DNA of 64,000 nucleotides from Pseudomonadota bacterium (GTDB lineage Bacteria > Pseudomonadota > Gammaproteobacteria > Steroidobacterales > Steroidobacteraceae), in contig JADIZR010000007.1 of NCBI GenBank assembly GCA_016704655.1, positions 1,348 to 65,347 on the forward strand, written 5' to 3'. A program made the translations under genes and the position numbers. Below are positions 36,649-46,596 of the stretch, one piece after another. Every line of letters starts with the position of its first letter. Within the stretch, counting starts at the first letter, position 1. Below the pieces are notes generated by a model. The model was not told where the DNA came from. It did not search any database and was given only the letters and a program-made list of their open reading frames with translations.

Positions 36649-37416
36649 ATGCTGATTGCCTACACCCGCGAGGTGAGCCCCGCGCTTGCCGATTGCGAGC
36701 TGACGCACCTCGAGCGTGAGCCGCTCGACGTCGCCGGCGCAATTGCCGAGCACGAACTATACGAGTCGAAGCTCGAACGCCTCGGCGCGAGGGTGCGGCG
36801 TTTGCCCTCGACTCCGCACCTGCCCGACGGCGTTTTCGTCGAAGACGCGGCCGTGGTGCTCGACAACGTGGCTGTCATCACTCGACCCGGTGCGCCTTCC
36901 AGGCAACCGGAAACGACGTCCGTGGAGGCTGCGCTCGCCACCCATCGACCCCTGGTTCACGTACGCGCTCCCGCAACCCTGGATGGCGGTGACGTACTGG
37001 TCGCCGGGCGCACGATCTACATTGGCCTGTCCACGCGTACGTCCCGCGAAGCAATCCAGCAACTGGCCGATCAACTCGCGCCCTTTGGCTATGATGTGAT
37101 CCCGTTGGCTTTCACGGGCTGCCTGCACCTGAAGTCCGCGGTGACATGCGTCGCCGACGACCTGATACTGCTGAACCCGGCCTGGGTCGAAGCAGATGCC
37201 TTCCCCGGTTATCGGGCGCTGACAACCGATCCCGCGGAACCGCACGCGGCCAACGCCCTGGCGCTGGGTGGTGCGGTGATCCATCCACTGCAGCACGAGC
37301 GTACGCGCGCGCGGCTCGAGGCCGCGGGACTGACCGTCGTGACCGTGCCGCAGGTGGAACTGGCCAAGGCCGAAGCGGGCGTCACCTGCTGCAGCCTGCT
37401 GGTCGAGGTTCCCTGA
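36649..37416 (+). CDS. dimethylarginine dimethylaminohydrolase-family (amidinotransferase fold) enzyme
   Basis: MLIAYTREVSPALADCELTH...PDGVFVEDAAVV...GGDVLVAGRTIYIGLSTRT, with C-terminal catalytic Cys region AGVTCCSLLV. Confidence 0.8.
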   Translation: MLIAYTREVSPALADCELTHLEREPLDVAGAIAEHELYESKLERLGARVRRLPSTPHLPDGVFVEDAAVVLDNVAVITRPGAPSRQPETTSVEAALATHRPLVHVRAPATLDGGDVLVAGRTIYIGLSTRTSREAIQQLADQLAPFGYDVIPLAFTGCLHLKSAVTCVADDLILLNPAWVEADAFPGYRALTTDPAEPHAANALALGGAVIHPLQHERTRARLEAAGLTVVTVPQVELAKAEAGVTCCSLLVEVP

Positions 37417-37564
37417 AGCAGGATTCCGCGGGATTTTGCGCGGCTGGCGATGTCCCATTGCCGCGGTGAGTTCATGTTGCAACGCCACGTGCGCGAAACC
37501 GTCCAGGCGGACTATTCTTGCTGCGTTGCGACCCCCGGTCGCATTCACTGGCCAGGGAGAACCA

Positions 37565-37990
37565 ATGTCGACTTACCAAGCGGGTTGCATGTGTGGCGCA
37601 GTCCAGCTCGAGATCACGGGCGAGCCGGCGGTGCAGGCCTTCTGTCACTGCAGTTCGTGCCGCGGCTGGTTGAGCGCGCCCATCCACGCGGCTGCGCTCT
37701 GGCCCGCGACGAGCGTAAAAGTCACGAAAGGCGCCGACAACCTCGGCCTCTACAAGAAGACGGAGAACAGTCACCGCCAGTTCTGCAGGACCTGCGGCGC
37801 CGCGGTCCTGGTCGATCATCCGGGCATGGGCATGGTCGACGTGCCAGCGGGCTCGGTGGCCGGGCTCAGCTACAAGCCTGCGGTGCACGTGCACTACGGC
37901 GAGAAAGTCATGGCCGTGAAAGACGGCCTGCCGAAGTTCAAGGACTTCCCGAAGGAATTCGGCGGCTCAGGCGACATGCTGCCCGAGTAG
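37565..37990 (+). CDS. GFA (glutathione-dependent formaldehyde-activating / CENP-V) family protein
   Basis: CMCGAVQLEITGEP...FCHCSSCR...FCRTCG zinc-binding Cys pattern. Confidence 0.8.
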   Translation: MSTYQAGCMCGAVQLEITGEPAVQAFCHCSSCRGWLSAPIHAAALWPATSVKVTKGADNLGLYKKTENSHRQFCRTCGAAVLVDHPGMGMVDVPAGSVAGLSYKPAVHVHYGEKVMAVKDGLPKFKDFPKEFGGSGDMLPE

Positions 37991-38083
37991 CACCGACGGC
38001 GACGGTTTCACCGCGTCGTCACCGATCGCGGGTTTGTTCCCGCCTGTGCAACTCCGGCTCGACCGGACTTGCTCTGCGGGTCT

Positions 38084-38107
38084 ATATTTCGATATATTTA
38101 GAAATAT
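38084..38107. promoter_or_regulatory. candidate ArsR operator in an AT-rich island
   Basis: ATATTTC-N10-GAATAT-like inverted repeat (ATATTTC...GAAATAT) in TCTATATTTCGATATATTTAGAAATATG. It overlaps the arsR start and contrasts sharply with the ~67% GC background. Confidence 0.35.
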
Positions 38108-38453
38108 GAATCAAAAGGATACCGTCATTGCGCTCGCCGCTCTCGCGCAGGAATCCAGGCTCGCGGTCTTCCGCCTGCTGGTACAGCGCGGACCGGACGG
38201 CTACCCGGCCGGTGAGATCAGTGAGCGGCTGGCAATCCCAGGCCCCACCCTGTCTTTCCATCTCAAGGAACTGGCGGCGGCGGGCCTGGTGGCGGCACGC
38301 AAGGACGGCCGGTTCATCTATTACAGCCCCAACTTCGAACGCATGCGCACGCTGGTGAGTTACCTGACCGACAACTGCTGCAGCCTCGCCGCCACGTGTG
38401 CACCGGAATGTGCAGCCCCTGTCGTCACCCGTCGCAAGAGCAAAGCCGCATGA
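38106..38453 (+). CDS. arsR: ArsR/SmtB family transcriptional repressor
   Basis: LAQESRLAVFRLLVQRGPDGYPAGEISERLAIPGPTLSFHLKELAAAGLV and a Cys-rich C-terminus (NCCSLAATCAPEC). Confidence 0.85.
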   Translation: MNQKDTVIALAALAQESRLAVFRLLVQRGPDGYPAGEISERLAIPGPTLSFHLKELAAAGLVAARKDGRFIYYSPNFERMRTLVSYLTDNCCSLAATCAPECAAPVVTRRKSKAA

Positions 38454-38535
38454 CGCAAGTTCGCACCACGGTTGCCGCTGCAGTTGGCAATAGCTCCACG
38501 CCAACTGATCTTCGCCACGTCCCCGCGGGGAAAAA

Positions 38536-39036
38536 ATGAACGAAAGCAACAAGGTTTACAACGTGCTGTTCCTTTGCACGGGCAACTCGGCACGCAGCAT
38601 CCTCGCCGAGGTCCTGCTGAACAGCCGCGGCGCCGGACGCTTCAGGGCATTCAGTGCCGGCAGCCATCCCGTTGGCCGGGTCAATCCGTACGCGGCGGCC
38701 TTCCTGCAGCAGGCCGGGCACGCGACGGACGGGTTGCGCAGCAAGTCATGGGACGAATTTGCGCAGCCGGGATCACCCGCGCTCGACTTCGTCTTCACGG
38801 TCTGCGACAGCGCAGCGGGCGAGGCCTGCCCGATCTGGCCGGGCCAGCCGATGACGGCGCATTGGGGCTTGCCCGATCCGGCCGCGGTGCAGGGCTCCGA
38901 CGCGGAAAAGGAGAAAGCCTTCCGTGATACGTACGTCACGCTCGACCGGCGCATCGGCTTGTTCACGAGTCTGCCGATCGCCGGACTCGATCAACTGTCC
39001 CTCTCGCGCAAGGTGGCCCGGATCGGAACGTCGTGA
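38536..39036 (+). CDS. arsC: arsenate reductase, LMW-PTPase (thioredoxin-coupled) type
   Basis: VLFLCTGNSARSILAE (CX5R-S P-loop) and downstream Cys residues. Confidence 0.9.
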   Translation: MNESNKVYNVLFLCTGNSARSILAEVLLNSRGAGRFRAFSAGSHPVGRVNPYAAAFLQQAGHATDGLRSKSWDEFAQPGSPALDFVFTVCDSAAGEACPIWPGQPMTAHWGLPDPAAVQGSDAEKEKAFRDTYVTLDRRIGLFTSLPIAGLDQLSLSRKVARIGTS

Positions 39037-39086
39037 TCGTGTCCGCGCCGCGCGGTAACGTCGAAAGGAGGACGGCCCCGGCACCC

Positions 39087-40118
39087 ATGAGTGTCTTCGA
39101 GCGATACCTGACGCTCTGGGTATTCATATGCATCGTCGTCGGCACTGCCGCGGGGCACTACTTCCCCGACCTCTTCCAGGCGCTCGGGCGGATGGAGCTG
39201 GCCAAGGTCAACCTGCCCGTAGGCGTGCTGATCTGGGTGATGATCATTCCGATGCTGGTGAAGGTGGACTTCGGCGCGCTCCGTGAAGTGCGCGGGCATG
39301 TCCGCGGCATCGGCGTGACGCTGTTCGTCAACTGGCTCGTCAAGCCGTTCTCCATGGCGTTGCTGGCGTGGATTTTCATCCGTCACCTGTTTGCACCCTG
39401 GTTGCCGGCAGAACAGATCGACAGTTACATCGCCGGGCTCATCCTGCTGGCCGCCGCCCCCTGCACGGCAATGGTGTTCGTCTGGAGCCGGCTGACGAAC
39501 GGCGATCCCATGTTCACGCTGACACAGGTCGCACTCAACGATTCGATCATGGTGATCGCCTTTGCTCCAATCGTGGGACTGCTGCTGGGCATCGCGGCGA
39601 TCACCGTACCGTGGGACACGCTGATCACCTCGGTGGTGCTCTACATCGTGATTCCGGTGATCCTGGCGCAGCTATGGCGCCGCTCGCTGCTGCGCAGGGG
39701 ACAAGCGACGTTCGATGCGGCCATGGCGAAGATCGGCCCGTGGTCCGTGGTGGCCCTGCTCGCGACACTGGTCCTGCTGTTTGCCTTCCAGGGCAAGGCG
39801 ATCCTGCAGCAGCCCCTGGTGATCGCCCTGCTCGCGGTGCCGATCCTGATCCAGGTGTTCTTCAACTCGTCGCTTGCGTACGTGCTGAACCGGGCGCTCG
39901 GTGAGAAGCACTCCATCGCCTGCCCTTCGGCACTGATCGGTGCATCGAACTTCTTCGAACTCGCCGTGGCGGCCGCCATCAGCCTGTTCGGCTTCGAGTC
40001 GGGTGCCGCGCTGGCCACCGTCGTCGGCGTGCTGATCGAAGTGCCGGTGATGCTGCTGGTCGTGAAGATCGTGAATTCCAGCAAGGACTGGTACGAACGG
40101 GGCAGTCCGGCCGCCTGA
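39087..40118 (+). CDS. acr3: ACR3 family arsenite efflux permease
   Basis: MSVFERYLTLWVFICIVVG...IPMLVKVDFGAL...AAPCTAMVFVWS. Confidence 0.9.
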   Translation: MSVFERYLTLWVFICIVVGTAAGHYFPDLFQALGRMELAKVNLPVGVLIWVMIIPMLVKVDFGALREVRGHVRGIGVTLFVNWLVKPFSMALLAWIFIRHLFAPWLPAEQIDSYIAGLILLAAAPCTAMVFVWSRLTNGDPMFTLTQVALNDSIMVIAFAPIVGLLLGIAAITVPWDTLITSVVLYIVIPVILAQLWRRSLLRRGQATFDAAMAKIGPWSVVALLATLVLLFAFQGKAILQQPLVIALLAVPILIQVFFNSSLAYVLNRALGEKHSIACPSALIGASNFFELAVAAAISLFGFESGAALATVVGVLIEVPVMLLVVKIVNSSKDWYERGSPAA

Positions 40119-40215
40119 GCGACGACCCTGCAACGACCTGGCGTGGCGCCGACACCACACGTGCGCACAGTACGCCATTGACGTACATGCGTCACTGACG
40201 TACCTTCCTGCGGCG

Positions 40216-40530
40216 ATGAGCCACGACGTCTTCATCAAGCTGCTGGAATCCGCGCGCGAACTGCGCCAGCAGCGCGTGCGCCGGCTGACCCGCCTGGCGC
40301 GGGTTGTCGGCGGGCGTCCCCGCCCCCGCAGCCAGACCGGGATCGACGTGCGCGCCATCCGCGCCGCGACTGGCCTGAGCCAGTCGAAGTTCGCAGAACT
40401 CCTGTCGATCGAAGTGTCGACGCTGCGGAACTGGGAACAGGGGCGGCGCGATCCCACCGGCCCCGCCCGCGCCTTGCTGCGCGCCATTTGCAACGATCCA
40501 GTCGCCGTCATGCGCGCCCTCACCGACTGA
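40216..40530 (+). CDS. XRE-family HTH protein (COG2944 / MqsA-like antitoxin type)
   Basis: IRAATGLSQSKFAELLSIEVSTLRNWEQGRRDPTGPARALLRAI. Confidence 0.7.
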   Translation: MSHDVFIKLLESARELRQQRVRRLTRLARVVGGRPRPRSQTGIDVRAIRAATGLSQSKFAELLSIEVSTLRNWEQGRRDPTGPARALLRAICNDPVAVMRALTD

Positions 40531-40544
40531 TCCAGGACGCACCC

Positions 40545-41708
40545 ATGAGCACGATCACGCGCACGAACGTCTCCGACCTGCGGGGTGCCGCACGGCTGGC
40601 TTTCGATGCCACGCTCGGCATCACCACGCTGGTGGAGAAGATGCACCACACCATCCAGCTCGTGCATCCGCCGCTCGGTGCGTCGCGGGCGGAATCGACA
40701 CGCGGCCTGACCGGCCTCATCTACCGCAGCATCCGCGGCACGACACGCATCATCGGCAAGGGGCTCGACGCAGGCCTCGCTCCCGTAGCGGCCCTGCTGC
40801 CTGAAGGCGAATCCTCGACGAGCAGAAACGCGTGGGTTTCGGCCATCAATGGCGTCTACGGCGATCACCTCGAGCGGACGGCCAACCCGCTGGCGATCGA
40901 CATGAGCTTCCTGCATGCAGGCGACTTCGTGGATCCCGAGCGACCCGGCGACGTCGTGCAGGACGCGTCCGGCAAAGTGCTGCTGGCAATCCACGGCCTG
41001 TGCCTCAACGAACAGCACTGGGCGCGCGACGGTCATCACCGCATCGCGAACGTGGCGGAGACAACCGGCCACACGATTGTCCAGCTGCGTTACAACAGCG
41101 GCCGCTCCATCGACACCAACGGCAGGAGCCTCGCAGCGATGCTGGAGGCGTTGCTCGAGCGCTGGCCAGTCCCCGTGACGCAGCTTGTGATCGTGGGCCA
41201 CAGCATGGGCGGCCTCGTGGCGAGAAGCGCCATTCATCACGGTACTGCCGCCGGGCATTCGTGGCGGGGCCTGCTGCGCAAGCTGTTTTCGCTGGGCACG
41301 CCTCACCACGGGGCACCGCTCGAACGCGGCGGTAGCCGTCTCGATTACCTCATGGAACTGAGTCCGTACGTGGCCCCGTTCACGAGCCTGGGCAAGGCCC
41401 GCAGCGCGGGGATCACCGGCTTGCGCTACGGCAGCATCACGGACTTCGAGCATGAATTTGTCCCTTTGCCGGACGACGTCGATTGTTATGCACTTGCCGC
41501 GACTCTCGGCAAGCGTCGAAGCGCGCTTGCAGAAAGACTGGTCGGTGACGGTCTGGTTCCGCTCAACAGTGCCCTCGGCAAGCACACCGACAGCGCGCGA
41601 ACCCTGGAGCTCCCGACGGAGCGGCAGTGGATCGGTTACGAGATGGGACACCTCGAGCTGCTCGGTCGCCCCGAAGTGTATTCGCAACTGGAAAAATGGC
41701 TGCGTTAG
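40545..41708 (+). CDS. alpha/beta hydrolase (lipase/PGAP1-like)
   Basis: Nucleophile elbow VIVGHSMGGLVARSA and GTPHHGAP. Confidence 0.7.
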   Translation: MSTITRTNVSDLRGAARLAFDATLGITTLVEKMHHTIQLVHPPLGASRAESTRGLTGLIYRSIRGTTRIIGKGLDAGLAPVAALLPEGESSTSRNAWVSAINGVYGDHLERTANPLAIDMSFLHAGDFVDPERPGDVVQDASGKVLLAIHGLCLNEQHWARDGHHRIANVAETTGHTIVQLRYNSGRSIDTNGRSLAAMLEALLERWPVPVTQLVIVGHSMGGLVARSAIHHGTAAGHSWRGLLRKLFSLGTPHHGAPLERGGSRLDYLMELSPYVAPFTSLGKARSAGITGLRYGSITDFEHEFVPLPDDVDCYALAATLGKRRSALAERLVGDGLVPLNSALGKHTDSARTLELPTERQWIGYEMGHLELLGRPEVYSQLEKWLR

Positions 41709-41729
41709 TGACTGACGGACGGACACCCC

Positions 41730-42731
41730 ATGATTCCCGAGACCATGCGCTACGTTGCCGCGACTGCCGCGGGCGGACCCGAAGTCCTGACGATCGGCAC
41801 GACCGCCGTGCCGCAACCCAGACCCGACGAAGTCCTGATCCGGGTGCAGGCCGCAGGCGTGAACCGTCCCGACGTGGCGCAGCGCAAAGGGCTGTACCCG
41901 GCGCCTCCCGGGGCGAGCCCGATCATCGGTCTCGAGGTGGCAGGCGAAGTCGTCGCGCTTGGGAGTGAGGCGCAGGGCTTCGCCATCGGCGAGCGTGTGT
42001 GCGCGCTTGCGAATGGCGGCGGATACGCCGAGTACTGCGCTGCGCCGATCGCGCAGTGCCTCCGCTGGCCAGTGGGCTACGACGCCGTCCGCGCCGCAGC
42101 CCTGCCCGAAACGTACTTCACCGTCTGGGCCAACCTGTTCATTCATGGACGTCTCGCACGCGGCGAGACGGTGCTGGTGCACGGCGGCAGCAGCGGGATC
42201 GGTGTCACGGCCATTCAACTCGCGCGCGAGTTCGGGGCGCGCGCCTACACCACCGCCGGCAACGACGAGAAATGCGCCGCGTGCGTGCGACTGGGCGCAG
42301 ACGCTGCGATTAATTACCGGACGGCAGACTTCGCCGAGCGCATCGCAGAGCTGACTGGCGGTCGTGGAGTCGACGTGGTCATCGACATCGTCGGGGCACC
42401 ATATTTCGAGCGCAACCTCAAGTGCCTGGCGCTGGACGGCCGACTGGTCGAAGTTGCAACCCAGGGGGGCACGCGCGTCGAAGGCCTCGACCTGTTCGAC
42501 ATCATGCGGCGTCGCCTGACCATCACCGGGTCAACGATGCGCCCGCGAACCACGGCCCAGAAAGCGGCGATTGCCAGGGACCTCCGCGAGCGCGTCTGGC
42601 CCGCGCTGGACGCCGGCCGCGCCGGCCCCGTCATTCACCAGGTCTATCCGCTCGAACAGGCGGCCGAGGCCCATCGTGTCATGGAATCGAGCGTCCACAT
42701 CGGCAAGCTGATGCTCGACCTCTCGCGCTAG
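41730..42731 (+). CDS. NAD(P)H:quinone oxidoreductase (zeta-crystallin/PIG3 MDR family)
   Basis: VLIRVQAAGVNRPDVAQRKGLYPAPPGASPIIGLEVAGEV and VLVHGGSSGIGVTAIQLA. Confidence 0.85.
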   Translation: MIPETMRYVAATAAGGPEVLTIGTTAVPQPRPDEVLIRVQAAGVNRPDVAQRKGLYPAPPGASPIIGLEVAGEVVALGSEAQGFAIGERVCALANGGGYAEYCAAPIAQCLRWPVGYDAVRAAALPETYFTVWANLFIHGRLARGETVLVHGGSSGIGVTAIQLAREFGARAYTTAGNDEKCAACVRLGADAAINYRTADFAERIAELTGGRGVDVVIDIVGAPYFERNLKCLALDGRLVEVATQGGTRVEGLDLFDIMRRRLTITGSTMRPRTTAQKAAIARDLRERVWPALDAGRAGPVIHQVYPLEQAAEAHRVMESSVHIGKLMLDLSR

Positions 42732-42805
42732 AACGGCGCACCCTGCCCGCCTGCTTTCGGCCTGGAATTCGCTGCCACCGTCACGCAGGTCGAAGACCTG
42801 ACCGC

Positions 42806-44587
42806 CTAGAGTACGTCCCACGGATAGCGACCCTTTTCCAGGATCGCACCCGCCAGCGCCTCGATCGACTGGTCCTCATTGTGGCTCAACCCGCGCACGT
42901 TGCGGACCATGCGACGACGCGCCTGGTGAGTGAATACCCTGGCGATGTCGGTCACCTGGGTTGCCGAAGCCGGGTCGCTCCTGATGATCGAATCCGCGCG
43001 TGAAATAACGCAGAGTCCGACGAACAGGTCGATCATTAGGTCCGCGATGCGCCGCTGCGAGTGCTGCTGCTCGGAAATGCCCCTGCCGTATTTCCGCAGC
43101 ACGCCTTCGGCTACGCGTGCGGTTGCACGGGAGTAGCTCTCGTAAATATCCACCAGTGGCCGCAATGCCGGTGCGACTGGCGTGCTGACCTTGACTGCGG
43201 CACCCAGGCCCGTGGCGCGGGCGAAGCGCCGCTCGGCATACCCGGAGAGCACGCCGAAACCCTTGATCGGATCGTTGAAGATCGAACTGACCGCTGACTG
43301 CAGTTCCTTCAGCGAAGCACCCACGTCCTACAGCGACGACAACGCGATGTAGAGCCGGAGAATTTCATTGGTGCCTTCGAAGATCGGCAGGATGCGGGCA
43401 TCGCGCACGTACTGCTCGTAGGGCAATTCGCGCATATAGCCGTTGCCGCCCGCAATCTGCAGGCTCTCGTAGGCCGTGCGCTGCATGGCCTCGCTGGCGA
43501 ACACCTTGGTGATCGCTGCCTCGACGGAGTAATCCTCGCAGCCGCTGTCGATGTAGTGTGCCACCATCCAGACCGCGCTCTCCGCGGCGAAGCACTCGAC
43601 CGTCATCTGCGCGATCTTTTCCCGCACGAGTCCGTATTCCGAGATGGATCGATCGAACTGCTTACGCTCCTGCGCCTGCGCCACGGATCGGCGGATGAGC
43701 GCCTTCATGCCGCCGACGGCGCCGCCGCCGAGGCCCGTGCGGCCGTTGTTCAGGATCCCCATCGCAACCTTGAAGCCCTTGCCGACCTCGCCGAGCACGT
43801 TCTCTGCCGGCACGCGCACGTCATTGAAGGCAACCGTGGTCGTGCAGGAGGCGCGAATTCCCATCTTGTCTTCGTGCGCACCGTGACTGACGCCGGGCCA
43901 GGCGGCTTCGACGATGAAGGCTGTGACCTTGCCTTCCGGTCCGTCGGTGCGGGCGAACACCGTGTAAAAATCCGCGATGCCACCGTTGGTGATCCAGAGC
44001 TTCTCGCCGTTCAGCGTGAAGCTGCCATCCGCATTGCGTTTCGCGGCGGTGCGAATGGCAGCAGCGTCGGAGCCGGCGCCGGATTCGGTCAGGCAGAAAG
44101 CGGCGATCATTTCGCCCGTGGCGAGCTTCGGCAGGTAGCGCGCCTTCTGCTCGGCCGTGCCGAACAGCAGCAAACCCTTCATGCCGATGGAACTGTGCGC
44201 ACCGATCGTGAGCGACACCGAACTGTCGTAGCTGCTGGTCTGGGCCAGCACGCGCGCATAGGCTGCGTTCGACAGGCCGAGACCGCCGAACTCCTCGGGG
44301 ATGATCAAGCCGAACAGGCCGAGCTCGCGCAGCGACTGGACGAACTCGTCGGGCTGGCGGGCCGCGCGATCCCAGCGCGCGAAATCGGCCTGCTTCCCTT
44401 CGAGAAACCGGTCGATGGACTCGACGATCATGCCGAGCACCTCGCGATCGCGGTCGTTGATCGCGGGGTACGGGAACAGGTTTTCTTCCAGGACGTTGCC
44501 GAACAGCAACTGCTTGGCGACGCTCTGGTCGGTCAGCGGGCCGGACGCCTTGGCGTCGGTGGAGACGGCTGATTCGATGGTGTTCAT
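42806..44587 (-). pseudogene. long-chain (VLCAD/ACAD9-like, ~594 aa) acyl-CoA dehydrogenase split by an in-frame TAG
   Basis: ORF 43328..44587 is the ACAD core and ends EGTNEILRLYIALSSL, then TAG at 43330-43328. The same frame continues DVGASLKELQSAV... (ORF 42806..43324). That part matches the extra C-terminal domain of VLCAD-type enzymes. Confidence 0.8.
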
Positions 44588-44702
44588 GACCGAAAAGTTA
44601 GCACTTCGACAGGGTGGTGGGTACTCGGTGAAATACGCGCGGCAGCCCGCCCGGGCGGCACCCCACCTCCTTACCGCAAAACGTCCGGCTACAGGTAGAC
44701 AG

Positions 44703-46538
44703 TCAGGCGGACGGCTTGGCTTGTTCCGCCTTGATCCACTCCTGCACCACGTCCTCGAGCACGGCGAGCGGCATCGAGCCGTTCATCAGGACCACTTCGT
44801 GGAACCCGCGCAGATCGAACTTTGGTCGGAGTTCCTTCTCGGCTTGATCGCGCATGCGCAGTATCGCCAGCTGACCGACTTTGTACGAGGTGGCCTGGCC
44901 CGGCCACACGACGTAGCGCTCGATCTCGCGCGTGACTTCGGCTTCGGTCATGCCCGTCTTCGCAACCATGTATTCGATCGCCTGCTCGCGCGACCAGTGC
45001 CTGGCGTGCATGCCCGTATCGACGACCAGGCGCACCGCACGGAACATTTCGGCCTGCAGCCGGCCGAGGTCCCCGAGTGGATCCGAGTCGTAGAATCCCA
45101 TATCAACCTTGGCGACACGCTCGGCATAGAGCGCCCACCCCTCGGCATAGGCACCGAACGGCAGCACCTTGCGCAACATCGGCACGCCCTTGATCAGTTG
45201 CTGCGCGGAGCGCTGGAAGTGATGACCCGGCGCGCCTTCGTGAATCATCAGCGTGGGCAGCTTCCACTTCGGGTTGTCGGCCGTGTCTTTCTGGTTGATG
45301 TAGAAGCGACCCGGGCGCGAGCCATCAAGCGCCGGCGGGTTGTAGTAGCCGCCCGGTGACGAATCCTGGGAATACTCCGGCACCCGCACGATCTCGAGCG
45401 GTTGCGGCGGGATGGTCAGGAAGAACTTCGGCGCTGCCGCCATGACACGATCGTTGATCTGGTGCAGGTACGCGATCGCTTCCGCGCGGCCCGCGTCGGT
45501 GTTCGGGAAGTTCTGCGCCGGAGCGGTGTTCAGCTGCTCGATGCGTTCGGCAAGCGTCGTTCCCTGGATGCCCTGGGCATCCAGGATCGCCACCATTTCG
45601 CGTTCGATGCGCTCCACCTCCGACAGGCCAAGCACGTGGATCTCGTCGGCCGACAGACTGGTGGTCGTGCTCGACTGGAGCGCGGCCGCGTAGATGCGGT
45701 CGCCGTCGGGGATGCGCCAGATGCCGGCGTCGTGGCTAGCCTGCGGCCGCATGTCCTCGAACAGCGCGATCATCGCCTGGTAGCCCGGAATCACTTCGCT
45801 GGCGACGAGTTCTTCGGCGCGCTTGACGTAGGCCTGGCGCTCGTCTGCCGTGAGGGACTCGATTTTCTCCAGCTTCGCCGGCAGCGTCGTGACCAGCGGA
45901 TTGTTCGCGGCGCTGTCGGCGATGAACGCGCGCATGCCGACCAGGGACTGGTCGATCACGAAATCCGGCGGGATCACGCCGGCCGCACGGTCGTCCTCGA
46001 CCCGTACCTTCGCCTCGCGCAGGACGCGTCCGAACTCGGCGAGGCGCGACAGGTACCGCTCGACGCTGCGCTCGTTCTTGATGACGTGGGCGTCGGTCAG
46101 GAATTGCGGAGTGTTGACCGTGACGCCGGAAATCTGGTTGACACGGTAACCGTTGTGCTCAAATTCGCCCCGGCGGATCAGGTCGTCGAGAAACCACGCC
46201 GTGGTCTTCCAGGTAATGAGTTCCTGGCCCGCGAGGCCGTCAGGACCGTACTTATCGAGACCGGCGCGCGCCTTCCGCAGCCGGACCAGCACTTCGTCTT
46301 CGTGCGCCTTGGTCTGGTCATCGAGCTTGCCGCTGTGGAAGTCGAATGGCGTGTTGTCGATGAAACCGAGCTGGGTGAGGATCTGCGGCGAGTCGGCGGT
46401 GAGCTGGAGGGTGATCTTGTTGACGTAGTTGTTCAGCCCGACGGGTGTGAACCAGAACCACATCGCTGCCACGGCCGGGCCGACAACGAGCAGGCCGCCG
46501 AGCCATGCCAACACTTTCCCGACTTGCCGCAACGTCAT
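44703..46538 (-). CDS. DUF885 family protein (metallopeptidase-like HEXXH)
   Basis: N-terminal TM or signal, and HEGAPGHHFQ. Confidence 0.8.
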   Translation of the reverse strand: MTLRQVGKVLAWLGGLLVVGPAVAAMWFWFTPVGLNNYVNKITLQLTADSPQILTQLGFIDNTPFDFHSGKLDDQTKAHEDEVLVRLRKARAGLDKYGPDGLAGQELITWKTTAWFLDDLIRRGEFEHNGYRVNQISGVTVNTPQFLTDAHVIKNERSVERYLSRLAEFGRVLREAKVRVEDDRAAGVIPPDFVIDQSLVGMRAFIADSAANNPLVTTLPAKLEKIESLTADERQAYVKRAEELVASEVIPGYQAMIALFEDMRPQASHDAGIWRIPDGDRIYAAALQSSTTTSLSADEIHVLGLSEVERIEREMVAILDAQGIQGTTLAERIEQLNTAPAQNFPNTDAGRAEAIAYLHQINDRVMAAAPKFFLTIPPQPLEIVRVPEYSQDSSPGGYYNPPALDGSRPGRFYINQKDTADNPKWKLPTLMIHEGAPGHHFQRSAQQLIKGVPMLRKVLPFGAYAEGWALYAERVAKVDMGFYDSDPLGDLGRLQAEMFRAVRLVVDTGMHARHWSREQAIEYMVAKTGMTEAEVTREIERYVVWPGQATSYKVGQLAILRMRDQAEKELRPKFDLRGFHEVVLMNGSMPLAVLEDVVQEWIKAEQAKPSA

Positions 46539-46596
46539 CCCGCGCGCTCCCAGTGACTGGCCGACAAGGCGGCACTATACCGAGGAAGCGACGCGT

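Noticed and set aside
39672-42218. 848-aa minus-strand ORF. Similar long antisense ORFs include 116..2335 +, 4596..5960 +, 15969..16946 -, 59972..60847 - and 62737..63975 -
   Set aside because: These are shadow ORFs typical of high-GC DNA. They are Arg/Gly/Ala/His-rich and lie antisense to genes with unmistakable family motifs (acr3, hydrolase, qor, sulfatases, TerC, DUF349, betC).
12474-43330. Three in-frame TAG codons might indicate amber stop-codon reassignment or readthrough
   Set aside because: TAG terminates several well-defined genes at the expected protein ends (arylsulfatase 4722, TerC 17000, MscS 19986, barrel gene 35986, qor 42731). Nonsense mutations or base errors are the simpler explanation.
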